From an uncultured Poribacteria bacterium (GTDB lineage: Bacteria; Poribacteria; WGA-4E; WGA-3G), in the NCBI GenBank assembly GCA_951813545.1, contig OX638352.1:4867966-4931965 (forward strand): a stretch of DNA of 64,000 nucleotides, given 5' to 3'. This document shows, piece by piece, positions 11,018-20,755 of the stretch (position 1 is its first letter; every line of letters begins with the position of its first letter). Position numbers and translations under genes: made by a program. The notes under the pieces are model-generated. The model saw nothing but the letters and a program-made list of their open reading frames with translations. It was not told where the DNA came from and ran no database searches.

Positions 11018-12448
11018 TTAAATATCGGAGCGGAAGAATTTTAGGAACGCCACCGTAGTCAATACCACTGCAAAAAAACAGAGCAATAGGAGGTCCACCA
11101 TTGATTGACGGAGCACCTCGCCTAAGGTCATAATTTCTAAAGAGGGTGGTTGTGTGATTGTAACGGTATCTTCTGCTCTCATCATTCTCATAGAGATACG
11201 ATCTACAACTTTGCTGAACCAATCCGTATCAAGCGCATCATAATAGCGATGACCCGCTTGAAAGTAATTGTCTCTTTTTGTTTTTCCGGTCTGGGTTAAA
11301 TTTGTTGTGAGATAGATGAGCGAAGATGTTGGTGTGATCCGGGAAAGCATTTCACCTACAGATTCTTGCCGCGCTTTGTCCCGTTTGTAACGTCGATCTA
11401 TTTCGTCAGCACTCTCCTTGAATTTCTGCCGAAATTCCTCCTCAACCGGTTGCACCTCTTTATCCACGTCACTGATGCCCCCAGCCATAGTGTTCGCTAT
11501 CTGTTCATCAAAGGAAGGCTGCTGACGATTTTTCCAGAATTCTTGGTATATCTTCGCTGTCTTTTCTTCAAGTTCTGCGTTGAAATTCTCACGGAGGGCA
11601 GTCTTTTCAAGATAGACACTCTGCGATGTTTGGGTCGGCGCGATGAATTTCGCTGCGAGGAACCCAACACGCGGTGTAATGAGTACGGCAAACACCCAAA
11701 TCGTAAATGCGATAATGAGTGCTGTCTTGGAATTATCTAAATAGGTAGAAATAACCGTTCCAATTGCGAAGAAAACCCCAATGTAGAGTAGCGAAACGAC
11801 AGTTAGACTCACCACCCGTGGAAAGATTTCGGACTCCCCAAGCGGAAAACCTTGCCAAACAAGCATCAGTAAACCCAATAGCAGTGATACCAAGAATGGA
11901 ACGACAAACACTAAGTAACCACCGATCAGCTTACTCCATAGGAAGAGGTCGCGCGGCAAGGAATTTGACAGGGTAATCCGAAGTGTTCCGGCTTCTCGTT
12001 CCCCAGCAACGGCATCAAAAGTAAACAGGAGTGCAAGCAAACTGAAAACAGTGCCGACAAGAAACAGAAAATCGAGATGTCCCAAAAGATAGGAAAGAGA
12101 ATCCGAAACCAAAACTGGAGCACCTTGTGTAATTCCATTGCGTGTCATTCCAAGATAACTTGGTAGGGCATCCCCTAATCCGTTCGCAAACACGCTCAGG
12201 GATGTCGGTTTGAGGAAAAGTTTGGAAACTTCCAACTCCGGCTTCAGTTCCATCTTCGGATTCATCTTTGCTTCCTCGATGTTTGCCAATTTAACGGCTT
12301 CTTGGTAATCAACAAGGTTCTGTTGATAATTTCGATAACCGATAGAAAGCGTAAGTGGAATAAGCAAAACACACATCAGCAAGAGCGCGACAAACCGGAC
12401 GCTGAGCACATGATGCATAATCTCTTTTTGAATCAATGTCATTAACAT
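11018..12448 (-). CDS. ABC-2 family transporter permease-like membrane protein, paralog 2
   Basis: About 70% identical to 7583..9013 and carries the same AVAGEREAGTLR motif. Start chosen at MLMTLIQ (ATG at 12446-12448, preceded by AGGAGA) rather than the longer ORF. Confidence 0.55.
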   Translation of the reverse strand: MLMTLIQKEIMHHVLSVRFVALLLMCVLLIPLTLSIGYRNYQQNLVDYQEAVKLANIEEAKMNPKMELKPELEVSKLFLKPTSLSVFANGLGDALPSYLGMTRNGITQGAPVLVSDSLSYLLGHLDFLFLVGTVFSLLALLFTFDAVAGEREAGTLRITLSNSLPRDLFLWSKLIGGYLVFVVPFLVSLLLGLLMLVWQGFPLGESEIFPRVVSLTVVSLLYIGVFFAIGTVISTYLDNSKTALIIAFTIWVFAVLITPRVGFLAAKFIAPTQTSQSVYLEKTALRENFNAELEEKTAKIYQEFWKNRQQPSFDEQIANTMAGGISDVDKEVQPVEEEFRQKFKESADEIDRRYKRDKARQESVGEMLSRITPTSSLIYLTTNLTQTGKTKRDNYFQAGHRYYDALDTDWFSKVVDRISMRMMRAEDTVTITQPPSLEIMTLGEVLRQSMVDLLLLCFFAVVLTTVAFLKFFRSDI

Positions 12449-12702
12449 GTCTATTTCTCCTCTGTTTTTTTCTTCCATGAACCGTTCACGCTTGTGGAAC
12501 AGTGGTTGTATATTGTAATCCAAGTTGCTACCTATAAGATTTTATAGTAGATATTAGAATTAATGAGACACTCCGAAATAGTGTAAAGGTCCGTTGGCGG
12601 TATTCATACGCACGCAGGAAACCAACAGCCTACGCTACAAATATGTTCACTTATTTATGGGTTTTACTATAGTTGTGAGGTTTACAGCGGTTTTATTACG
12701 GA

Positions 12703-12723
12703 GGCGAGGATTGTATCCTCGCC
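12703..12723. repeat. Family-1 REP hairpin (GGCGAGGATTGTATCCTCGCC)
   Basis: A member of the dispersed GGCGAGG-N4-8-CCTCGCC family. Other copies: 9072, 9136, 9200, 20907, 23628, 27782, 44866, 49135-49629, 54588 and 57910. Confidence 0.8.
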
Positions 12724-12752
12724 AACGGAGTTCGGAAAGGTGGAATAGAACA

Positions 12753-13985
12753 TCAAGGAGACATCAACACCGATAGCTGCTTAAGGATGTCCTGCCCCTC
12801 TTCCGTCTTAAGGAATTCTTCCCCAAGGTGCGATTGTAGTTGCGACTGTAGTTTTTCCTTAATCTGACCTCTCACCTGCACGGTCACTTGTTGGAGGATA
12901 TCCATACCCATTTGTGTCTCGAGAATACCCTTTCCAAATTGTGCTTCCAGCTCCGGTTTAGCTTGTTCAAGGATACTAACCTCCATGCGATTAAATATCT
13001 TAGGCAAGTGCTTGAATACCAACGTCTCAGTCGCTGCCTTAATTTCCCCTCTGACCGTTTGTGTCTTGAGAAAATTCTCTCCGTGTTGCGACCGTAAGTC
13101 ACGTAAAAAGTCAGATAAGGCAGAAAACTCTGTCTTGTTGCTATTATAGATAGTTCTTTGCGGTCCGTTTCGATAGAGTTTCCCAGTAACACTTAAGTTA
13201 AGGCGATGATGTTCACACCGAACGATGGGAGTCATATCACCTTCCTGCATCCACAGCGTTTCCTGATCCGCTTTTTTAGAAGGACGCATCTCATAGAGAT
13301 AACTACACGGCAGCGTTGGATCCGATGCATCGTCGGTGAGAACGCCGGGAGTTCCTACTGTTGGGTCTGCTGGGCAGAGGAGCACTTTCTTCTCCAAGTA
13401 TTCCGTGGAAAGTTCGGAAAGCCATTGCGGATCTGTATCTGCATTGGAAGCGCGATAGTTGTCCCGTGCCAGTTTTATCTGTCGCAAATTTTCTCTGCAT
13501 GCCGCAATCCCTTTAGAATGCTCAGCGTCCTGTGCAAGTTCATAAGGATAAGCAGCCGCCAAGAGGGATCGGTTTAGGCGAATCAACGCTTCTCCACTTT
13601 TCGGATTTTGGGCAATGCGTGTCTGCGTCTCTTCACTGAGTTCAATATCAGCGAACACTTGTGCATCATAGAGAGGACCCGCTTGAAGCAGCTGATTCAG
13701 ATCTGATAGCAGTGCCTTCTGCAGCTTCGGAGACGGATCGCTTGCGCCATCGTACCCAACTAACAGCCACTGTATATCTTCAGACAATTGCGATGCAATG
13801 AATTTCGACACCGGTGCGCGCGTGTCTTCGAGTTTCACCGCCAAACTGCCCGGATCTTTAATCGCATCCATAGTAAAGAGAAACTGATTTGTTCCTGCAT
13901 GGAGGGGCAGTTGTAGGCACATAGCCATCAGCACAGTGACGAATAGAAGTGTTATTGGCTTGGATCGTTCAATCGTTTTTAACAT
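12753..13985 (-). CDS. Secreted hypothetical protein with N-terminal signal peptide
   Basis: The N-terminus MLKTIERSKPITLLFVTVLMAMCLQLPLHAG looks like a signal peptide. No recognisable domain. It lies between sigma paralog C and permease 2. Confidence 0.45.
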   Translation of the reverse strand: MLKTIERSKPITLLFVTVLMAMCLQLPLHAGTNQFLFTMDAIKDPGSLAVKLEDTRAPVSKFIASQLSEDIQWLLVGYDGASDPSPKLQKALLSDLNQLLQAGPLYDAQVFADIELSEETQTRIAQNPKSGEALIRLNRSLLAAAYPYELAQDAEHSKGIAACRENLRQIKLARDNYRASNADTDPQWLSELSTEYLEKKVLLCPADPTVGTPGVLTDDASDPTLPCSYLYEMRPSKKADQETLWMQEGDMTPIVRCEHHRLNLSVTGKLYRNGPQRTIYNSNKTEFSALSDFLRDLRSQHGENFLKTQTVRGEIKAATETLVFKHLPKIFNRMEVSILEQAKPELEAQFGKGILETQMGMDILQQVTVQVRGQIKEKLQSQLQSHLGEEFLKTEEGQDILKQLSVLMSP

Positions 13986-14099
13986 TTTTCAAAATCTCCT
14001 TAGGGTGTTGTATATTTTAGGTTTCCTATTGGATGGCACAGACTAACAGTCTATGCTACAACCGCACAACCTAACAGGTTATGCTACAGGTTAATGACA

Positions 14100-17000
14100 T
14101 TAGTCGGCTTCATCAATTATGAAACGTAGCACGCCGTGCCCAGGTGTCCCAACATAAAGTGTGTTGCCATCAACAGTAAGAGAACTAATCTCGCTCGGAA
14201 CTTCCGGTGTGACCTGTTTTGCTATGCTTGAATTCTCTTTCAATTGATATATCTGTTGCTCAGTTGCACCGTATACCGTTGTGCCGTCCACTGCCATTTT
14301 TTCTATGACAAGCGGTGTGCCTTCCGCATCGGTTGCCGTGTACCAGCGGATCCCATCGCTTGAATACGTAACACCTTTATCGGTTGCCACGTAAAGCGTT
14401 GGTCCGGCGAAGGCGATAGCCTTGAATTGGGTGACAGAAAACGGGAGGTCTGTCGTGACATCGTTCCAAGTGTCTCCTTCATCAAACGACTGAAGGAGGT
14501 GTCCATCCCGTTTGCCAACGTAAACAGTTTTACCTGAAACTGCGATTTTGAAATCAAGGGAACCCTGATCTTCAATGCCAGCGAAAGAATGAATAGACTC
14601 CCCTTCATCTGCTAAGCCAGTATTGAACCATTCAGTCATACCGGGCTTCCACCTGAAGAGTTGCTGGTTATACTCCATATAGTAAGTACTACCGCTGACA
14701 GCGAAACTCCCGAAATATGCCTGAATCATTTTAACGAGACCTTCCTCTATAGTCTCATTAGCAACTGTGCTAAGTAGATCCATATCGAAATCTTCAGGTT
14801 TTAATCCCGGACTTTCCTCAATGTTTTCCTGAAGTTCATCTTGTACGGGTTCCGGAAGGGCGTTTTTGAATGTTTCAACGATCAGTTTTTCAAGGTCTAT
14901 CCCCTCTACACTTGGCATTTCAGGGACAGGTACTAACCCGTCATCCTCAGCAGATACGCGGAAAAGTTGCGGCAATGTCCCGTTGACACCTTTGACATAG
15001 AGAATATCGTTAAATTCCATCATACCCGTGAGAGTTTCAGGACAATGTAAAACAGGTGTCCACGATTCACCATCATCAAACGAGACCACAAGTTTTCCCC
15101 ATGTTTTTGCGTAGAGCGTATTATTGGCATAGACCAACTTGTCTACACCCGTCCTCACCAATCCAGTGTTAAACGGATGCCACGTTTTGCCTGCATCGGT
15201 CGTGCGCTGAATCCCTAATGGGCTACTACTTTTGTAAAAGGTGTTCACATCCGCTATGACAGCGGTGGGAGTGCCTCCTATAGCTGCCGCTACGACACGG
15301 GTGGAAGGACCTGCTATAGTTGCGGCACCTGGACCTAAAGATATCCATGTTTCCCCGGCATCACTTGAGTAATAACTCTCATCGCCATATACGACTAAAA
15401 GTCTTTCTTGCGCTGCCACCATTTTGACGCTGGCAGTCTTTTCCGTTTCTGAGTTGTCATCCACTTTTGGGTTGTCAGTTCCAACGGTAAAAATAAATCC
15501 ATCGCTTTCCACGGAAACTGTTTTTGGGAAATCTATCGCTTGCCACGAATCTCCGAGGTCTGTTGAACGGTAAAGCGACGGAGAGGTATTAAATACCGAC
15601 ATTGACACGGAGGTCGCAAGTTTCTTATTTTCAATCTCCTCTCCGACGGCAACATAGAGTCGGTGTTCAGCACTTGCCAATGCGAGAATATTCTCGGTTT
15701 CACCTACGGGTAATTGCTCCCAGCCTTCCGAACTGTGGCGATAAAGCCCTTTATCCGTTCCAACAAAGAGAGTATCTGCAATAGCGGCGATTGCCTGAAT
15801 TTTCCTATCGGTTAGGTTTTCGTCGGTAAGAGATGTCCACGATTTACCGGCATCCACAGAGCGGAATACGCCATCAACAAGCCCCAAGTACATTGTAATG
15901 TTGGCTTGCGCCCCAAGGGCATCATCCGTTATGATAGTGCCAATTAATTGCCCTTCTGGACGTGTTCCCAATGAATTCCATGTTCTCCCTCTATCTGCGG
16001 AAGCAAGTACTTCGGTATCGGAAAAGATATAGAGGGTATCCTCATGTTCTGTTATTTGCCACGATTCATTAATAGACATGTTCGTATTAGCGGGTATCCA
16101 TGTGCTTCTATCGTCCGTTAATCTATAGAGGTCCGCGCCAGCTCTGGCATAAACGTCGCCGTTAGATGCCATGAAGAGGTTATTGACTACTCCCCCTTCG
16201 GGGCCCTTCGCTTGTGTCCATTGGGTCTTCGGTGTTGAGACTTCTGCCGTATCGACTGGCAGTGTGGCAAAAAGCGATTCGTCGGATCTCTGACCTGCGC
16301 CTGGACTTTTGCCAGGGATAGCCGAGCTTCCTGCCTGACTCCGAACTGCTGGCTTTGCTGGAGAGTCCACAACAAAAACCGCATCAATAAGCTCAACCGT
16401 CGGTTCCGAGGTGGCACTCAGATTGTAGGGTTTTTGAAAGCGGGAGAGATACTGCGTGCCAACACCCATCATTAAGAAAATCAAGATAGCGGAGGCAGCA
16501 GAGATTGCTAAGGGTGCGACCGGTTTACTCACAGCAGGTGGAACGGGTGCTATACGTGAAACTTCCTGCATAATGTTATCCGCTAAGTTATCAGGGAGTT
16601 GGAAGCTGCCGAGGTTCTGCTGAATTACGTCTTCCTCTTTCCGCAAACGGTTGCGTGCGCGGCTGAGGCGGCTTTTGACGGTATTCTGGGAGACACCGAG
16701 GAACTCACTGATGGCTTTGATTGTCATTTCACCGAGGTAATGGAGCGTCATCACCGTCCGTTCGCTTTCCGGTAATTTCTTGAGCAGCTCCTTGACGACC
16801 TCGCGGCGCGTTTCGTCGGCTTCGGCTTCCTGTTTTTCTGCTACATATTGAGAATATGACACTTTGTCCACCTCGTTTGAATCGGCAGTATCAAGGGATT
16901 CCATGGGTATGCGGTTTTTTCGGAGCCAATCAAGGCACTCGCGGGCTACGATAACGTAAAGCCATCCGCTAAACGCGTTAGGGTCCTTCAATGTCCGTAG

Positions 17001-17177
17001 TTGCCGGTACGCCTTGAGAAACGCGTCCTGCGTAAGTTCTTGGGCGATGTGAAAATCACCGATTTTCCGCCACGCCAGCGCGTGAACCCCTTTTTGATAT
17101 TTCTTGACTAAGGGACTGAACGCTTCCTGGTTCCCTTGCAATACCTGCTGAATGAGTTGCGCATCGCTCTGTTGCAT
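14100..17177 (-). CDS. ECF sigma / TM / Asp-box beta-propeller fusion, paralog C
   Basis: Same architecture as paralog A: region 2 LAWRKIGDFHIAQELTQDAFLKAY, region 4 HTH, a TM segment, and Asp-box repeats such as SADRGRTW, SVDAGKSW, STDLGDSW, TTDAGKTW, FDDGESW and FDEGDTW. Confidence 0.75.
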   Translation of the reverse strand: MQQSDAQLIQQVLQGNQEAFSPLVKKYQKGVHALAWRKIGDFHIAQELTQDAFLKAYRQLRTLKDPNAFSGWLYVIVARECLDWLRKNRIPMESLDTADSNEVDKVSYSQYVAEKQEAEADETRREVVKELLKKLPESERTVMTLHYLGEMTIKAISEFLGVSQNTVKSRLSRARNRLRKEEDVIQQNLGSFQLPDNLADNIMQEVSRIAPVPPAVSKPVAPLAISAASAILIFLMMGVGTQYLSRFQKPYNLSATSEPTVELIDAVFVVDSPAKPAVRSQAGSSAIPGKSPGAGQRSDESLFATLPVDTAEVSTPKTQWTQAKGPEGGVVNNLFMASNGDVYARAGADLYRLTDDRSTWIPANTNMSINESWQITEHEDTLYIFSDTEVLASADRGRTWNSLGTRPEGQLIGTIITDDALGAQANITMYLGLVDGVFRSVDAGKSWTSLTDENLTDRKIQAIAAIADTLFVGTDKGLYRHSSEGWEQLPVGETENILALASAEHRLYVAVGEEIENKKLATSVSMSVFNTSPSLYRSTDLGDSWQAIDFPKTVSVESDGFIFTVGTDNPKVDDNSETEKTASVKMVAAQERLLVVYGDESYYSSDAGETWISLGPGAATIAGPSTRVVAAAIGGTPTAVIADVNTFYKSSSPLGIQRTTDAGKTWHPFNTGLVRTGVDKLVYANNTLYAKTWGKLVVSFDDGESWTPVLHCPETLTGMMEFNDILYVKGVNGTLPQLFRVSAEDDGLVPVPEMPSVEGIDLEKLIVETFKNALPEPVQDELQENIEESPGLKPEDFDMDLLSTVANETIEEGLVKMIQAYFGSFAVSGSTYYMEYNQQLFRWKPGMTEWFNTGLADEGESIHSFAGIEDQGSLDFKIAVSGKTVYVGKRDGHLLQSFDEGDTWNDVTTDLPFSVTQFKAIAFAGPTLYVATDKGVTYSSDGIRWYTATDAEGTPLVIEKMAVDGTTVYGATEQQIYQLKENSSIAKQVTPEVPSEISSLTVDGNTLYVGTPGHGVLRFIIDEAD

Positions 17178-17216
17178 TGCACGCCTCCTCTCAAATTATT
17201 ACGTCTGTTGGTTTAA

Positions 17217-17252
17217 GTGACGTAACTTAGATTTCAAAAGGTTGCATTATTT
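17217..17252 (-). promoter_or_regulatory. Conserved ECF-type promoter motif, copy C
   Basis: Minus strand reads AATAATGCAACC-ttttgaaatctaagtta-CGTCAC, 40 nt upstream of the paralog C start. Confidence 0.45.
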
Positions 17253-17339
17253 CTGAAAAAAATAAAAAATTGATTTCTGGTTGGTCTAAACAGCCGTCAG
17301 GATTATCCTATTCCACTTGCTGTTCAAGTGCCTGTGTCC

Positions 17340-17513
17340 TTAATTTTTCACGAGTTTATGGGATGTTTCAGAAGGCGCTTCCCAAGATGTATTGTCTACA
17401 TGATGCACCGGTAGTTCAGCGTTAACTCCAGTTTCAATGCTGCCGAAAGCAAGATAACCAATGCCGAAGAATAATAAAATGACAAGGAATAGATTAATCA
17501 TTAGAAAGCGCAT
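17340..17513 (-). CDS. Small membrane protein (57 aa) downstream of promoter motif copy D
   Basis: Start taken at MRFLMINLFLVILLFFGIGYLAFG, preceded by AAAGGAGAA. It has a single TM. Confidence 0.3.
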   Translation of the reverse strand: MRFLMINLFLVILLFFGIGYLAFGSIETGVNAELPVHHVDNTSWEAPSETSHKLVKN

Positions 17514-17591
17514 GGTTTTCTCCTTTAAAGTGAAAGTTCGGTTCCGTTTGTGATCAACAACTTGTCTGAAATTTAACATCCATTGATTGTA

Positions 17592-17627
17592 GTGACGTAA
17601 CTTAGATTTCAAAAGGTTGCATTATTT
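17592..17627 (-). promoter_or_regulatory. Conserved ECF-type promoter motif, copy D
   Basis: Identical core (gtgacgtaacttagatttcaaaaggttgcattatttt) to copy C. Confidence 0.4.
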
Positions 17628-17694
17628 TCAAAAAGGTGGAGAATCAACCGCTCGTGTAAACATTTTTCCGTAATCGTCACATTCATTGATTAGA

Positions 17695-17730
17695 GTGACG
17701 TAACTTAGATTTTAAAAGGTTGCATTATTT
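17695..17730 (-). promoter_or_regulatory. Conserved ECF-type promoter motif, copy E
   Basis: Tandem second copy about 100 bp upstream of copy D. Confidence 0.35.
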
Positions 17731-17741
17731 TCAAAAGGGAA

Positions 17742-17875
17742 ATAGGACTTACGCAAAATTCCATCATTTGCTTGCGGAATTGGAAGGAGAGGAAGATTGG
17801 AAGATTGAAGGAAGTCTCCATTCTTCCTCTCCTTCCATTCTTTCCTCCATCAATATCTACGTTGTGCGTAAGTCC
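17742..17875. mobile_element. MITE (~134 bp) bounded by the IS701-like TIR (ataggacttacgca ... tgcgtaagtcc)
   Basis: Inverted 13-14 bp termini match the TIR of the IS at 59994-61085. The interior is a GGAAG/CTTCC-rich palindromic low-complexity sequence. Confidence 0.45.
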
Positions 17876-17962
17876 GGAGGGAAATTAAGAGTTGTATGGA
17901 ACCCACCTATGGTTACTAAAGTTTGGACAATTTTAAGATGGGCATAGATTTCTGATGGGACA

Positions 17963-18135
17963 CCCTCTTTTGTAGCATAGGCTGTTAGCCTGTGTCCATG
18001 TATTCCTGTAGCATAGGCTGTTAGCCTGTGTCCGTGTATTCCTGTAGCATTGGAAGGTGTGAAACTCACCGAAAAATCCCTTGATAGATATAGCACGCCG
18101 CTACGATGCCCAGGCTAACAGCCTATGCTACAGAA
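17963..18135. repeat. Family-4 REP cluster: two tandem 37-bp units and an inverted copy (core CTGTAGCATAGGCTGTTAGCCTGTG)
   Basis: Related copies at 14037-14095 and 55318-55345. Confidence 0.7.
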
Positions 18136-18260
18136 GATGATTTAAAATAAAATAGGGGTGGTTTTACCACCCCTATTTAACATTTCACGGGCATTCAGGC
18201 GTGAAGCCCCCTGCTTTAGCAGTGGGAGGAAAGCCTGCTAACCCATTGTGTCAAAAAAAC

Positions 18261-18289
18261 TTGACCATTACGAAAGAATGTAGTATAAT
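18261..18289 (+). promoter_or_regulatory. Near-consensus sigma70 promoter upstream of tnpB (TTGACC-N17-TATAAT)
   Basis: ttgacc at 18261-18266 and tataat at 18284-18289 with exactly 17-nt spacing. A structured 5' UTR follows, with a hairpin at about 18305-18345. Confidence 0.5.
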
Positions 18290-18385
18290 AATCACATCAG
18301 GTTGGCAAGCATACAACGCGTAGTTTCTCAACTACGTGCTTGCCTCCCACGTTGTAGGGGATAAATGCCTGATACCTGATATACC

Positions 18386-19648
18386 ATGCATTTAACATTT
18401 AGATACCGTGTGTATCCGACGCAAACGCAGGCAACCACATTATTAGCGTGGTTTGACCACTTGTGTGAACTCCAGAACGCTGCGCGCAACAATCGCAAGT
18501 TCGCCCATGAGACAGAAGGTCGTTTCGTCACGCACAATGAGCAAGAGAAACTTTTGAAGGTTGCGCGTGAGAAGTATGACGATTTCCGTGAAGTGCCTCA
18601 AGACTTTCAAGTTTCTATCCTCAAACGCGTTGAGAAAGCCTTTGATGCGTTCCGTAGGCGTTGTAAGGAAGGTGCGGCGAAAAAAGGGTATCCTCGCTAC
18701 AAAAGGCGTGTCCGTTCTCTAACGTGGTGCTTGCGAAAGCACAAACGCAAAACAGGTGAACGTATCCGCCAAAATCCGATAATAGCAACCGATTTTAGGC
18801 ACAATCGCTTAAAAGTGCCAAAGTTAGGCGAAGTCAAAATCTACATGCACCGACCCTTACAAGGTGACCCGAAAGAAGTCACGATCGTCAAGAAAGCCAG
18901 CGGTTGGTATGCTCATATCTCTTCTGAGATACCGGATATGCCGAAAGTTGAACCGACAGATGCTATCGCAGTTGATGTCGGCGCGACCCACTACCTGACC
19001 ACCTCTGAAGGTGAAAAAGAAGACAATCCGCGTTGGTATCGTCAAGCAGAAGGTTTGCTCCGAAAACACTCTAAAGACCTTTCTCGAAAGAAAAAAGGTA
19101 GCAACCGTAGAAAGAAACAACAACACAAACTCGCTTTACACCATGAACGGACGACAAACAAACGCAAAGACTTTATCGGTAAACTCGTTTACAAACTCTA
19201 CCACCATCAGAAAAACAATGTATTAGTGGCAGAAGATTTACGCGTATCTAACATGGTAAAGAACCAACACCTCAGCAAGAGCATTTCCGATGCGTCTTGG
19301 GCAACCTTCTTTAAGTGGTGTGCTGACATAGCCGAAAGAGACGGTCTGCATTTCCACCAAGTTGACCCCAAGAACACTTCGCAAACTTGCTCCGCTTGTG
19401 GTGAGAAATCGCAAAAGAAACTCTCTTTGGCGATTCGCACCTTTGAGTGTCAGTTTTGTGGCACTTCGTTAGACAGAGACCACAACGCTGCTATAAACAT
19501 ACTTCTTAGGGCAGCTGCGGCCCTTCGTGGAGAGCGGTGGGTTTCCACCCTCTATGAAGCGAGAAACAAGAACGAAGCACAAGACGAAGGCTTGCTGAAC
19601 GCAACACAACTTTTGTTGTTTGACGCCATCACAAGCCCAAGTCTTTAG
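18386..19648 (+). CDS. tnpB: TnpB (IS605/IS1341-family OrfB) RNA-guided nuclease-like protein
   Basis: The N-terminus FRYRVYPTQTQATTLLAWFDHLCELQNAARN is typical of TnpB. It has a RuvC-like core and a C-terminal zinc finger CSACGEK...CQFCG. No tnpA is adjacent. Confidence 0.85.
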   Translation: MHLTFRYRVYPTQTQATTLLAWFDHLCELQNAARNNRKFAHETEGRFVTHNEQEKLLKVAREKYDDFREVPQDFQVSILKRVEKAFDAFRRRCKEGAAKKGYPRYKRRVRSLTWCLRKHKRKTGERIRQNPIIATDFRHNRLKVPKLGEVKIYMHRPLQGDPKEVTIVKKASGWYAHISSEIPDMPKVEPTDAIAVDVGATHYLTTSEGEKEDNPRWYRQAEGLLRKHSKDLSRKKKGSNRRKKQQHKLALHHERTTNKRKDFIGKLVYKLYHHQKNNVLVAEDLRVSNMVKNQHLSKSISDASWATFFKWCADIAERDGLHFHQVDPKNTSQTCSACGEKSQKKLSLAIRTFECQFCGTSLDRDHNAAINILLRAAAALRGERWVSTLYEARNKNEAQDEGLLNATQLLLFDAITSPSL

Positions 19649-19714
19649 GCTTGGGTAGTTGACAGAAATAGGACTTACGCATCACCGATTTTTAGGGTAG
19701 GTGATTTCATCAGG

Positions 19715-20755
19715 TTAGTTCTTTGAAACCTTGATGGCTCCCCACGTCACAGCCATCTTATCTAAAGGTTCCACCGGCAGCGAATCACCAACCCACCGAG
19801 GCGAAGTCGGCACACTATCCGACAAAACCACTAAACGCCGAACTTGCTGCGACCCAAGCGAATAGATGTAGAGACCATTATTACCAAAACCTATATCCGC
19901 AGAAAAGACAAGATATTTGCCATTCGGCGACCAATCTACTTGAAAGAACTCCCGCAAACCACGATTGGCTATTTCCAAGTGGTTTATCCCATCAGCATTC
20001 ACAATAAATATGCCTTCATGAAGGTGAGTGACCACGGGGCGAGGGTGCCTCCCATCAACATCGGCAACAAATACACCTTCATGAACAGGGGTGTAGGCTA
20101 TCTTCTTACCGTCCGGGGAGAACGCATAGAACGGGTAACGGTCTAAGAAACCCGCACGTTCAGGGAATGGCGAGTGTTTCTTCGGTTTCTCCTGTCCATT
20201 GACATTCGACTCCCAGATCTCCTGATGCCTGTCCGTTGAAGTGAGATTGTAGAACACGGATTGCGCATCTGGTGCCCAGACGAAACCTATTGGATTCTTA
20301 CCAATGGGGTGGAGTAACTTTCGCTTCCGTCGTCCATCCGGCGAAATTAGAAAGATTTCTGTGTTCACATCGCGTCCACCTCTTATCCTTTGCGGACTGC
20401 CAGCATACACAATCCAACGTCCATCTGGAGACCAAGAAATATCGACATAAGAATGGACTTGCAAGATGATGGACCGAATTCTCTTACCGGTGCGAAGGTC
20501 TCGGATATGGAGAACATTACGGCGGTCCGGGTCGCCATCGACCGCTGCCAAAAAGCGACCATCCGGCGAAGGCGTAGAAATACCTTCATCCGCAATGCGC
20601 GTAGGTGTAGGGACGGTATCATTGGGACGTATCATGTAGGTCGTGCTACGATAGGAGTAGACAATCATACCTTCTGCCCAACAGAGCAGATTCGGGCAAA
20701 CACCCGATAGAAGCATTATTACCGAAAACAGAAAAGTCAAGCGATACGTGTTCAT
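19715..20755 (-). CDS. Secreted PD40/TolB-like beta-propeller repeat protein
   Basis: Has a signal peptide (MNTYRLTFLFSVIMLLSGV) and repeated SPDG/WSPDG motifs such as FSPDGKKIAY and WSPDGRWIVY. Confidence 0.6.
   Translation of the reverse strand: MNTYRLTFLFSVIMLLSGVCPNLLCWAEGMIVYSYRSTTYMIRPNDTVPTPTRIADEGISTPSPDGRFLAAVDGDPDRRNVLHIRDLRTGKRIRSIILQVHSYVDISWSPDGRWIVYAGSPQRIRGGRDVNTEIFLISPDGRRKRKLLHPIGKNPIGFVWAPDAQSVFYNLTSTDRHQEIWESNVNGQEKPKKHSPFPERAGFLDRYPFYAFSPDGKKIAYTPVHEGVFVADVDGRHPRPVVTHLHEGIFIVNADGINHLEIANRGLREFFQVDWSPNGKYLVFSADIGFGNNGLYIYSLGSQQVRRLVVLSDSVPTSPRWVGDSLPVEPLDKMAVTWGAIKVSKN

Noticed and set aside
11018-12523. Longer 501-aa version of ABC-2 permease paralog 2
   Set aside because: Paralog 1 starts directly at MLMTLIQ. 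The internal ATG at 12446-12448 has a good RBS, so the extension is untranslated.
17857-18096. 79-aa ORF with duplicated GIHGHRLTAYAT
   Set aside because: It is made of tandem family-4 REP units in an intergenic region.
17738-19681. Direct copies of gaaataggacttacgca at 17738 and 19664 taken as boundaries of the TnpB element
   Set aside because: The 17742 copy pairs with an inverted partner at 17865-17875 to form a MITE. The copy at 19668 is a solo TIR. Neither defines the IS605-family element ends.
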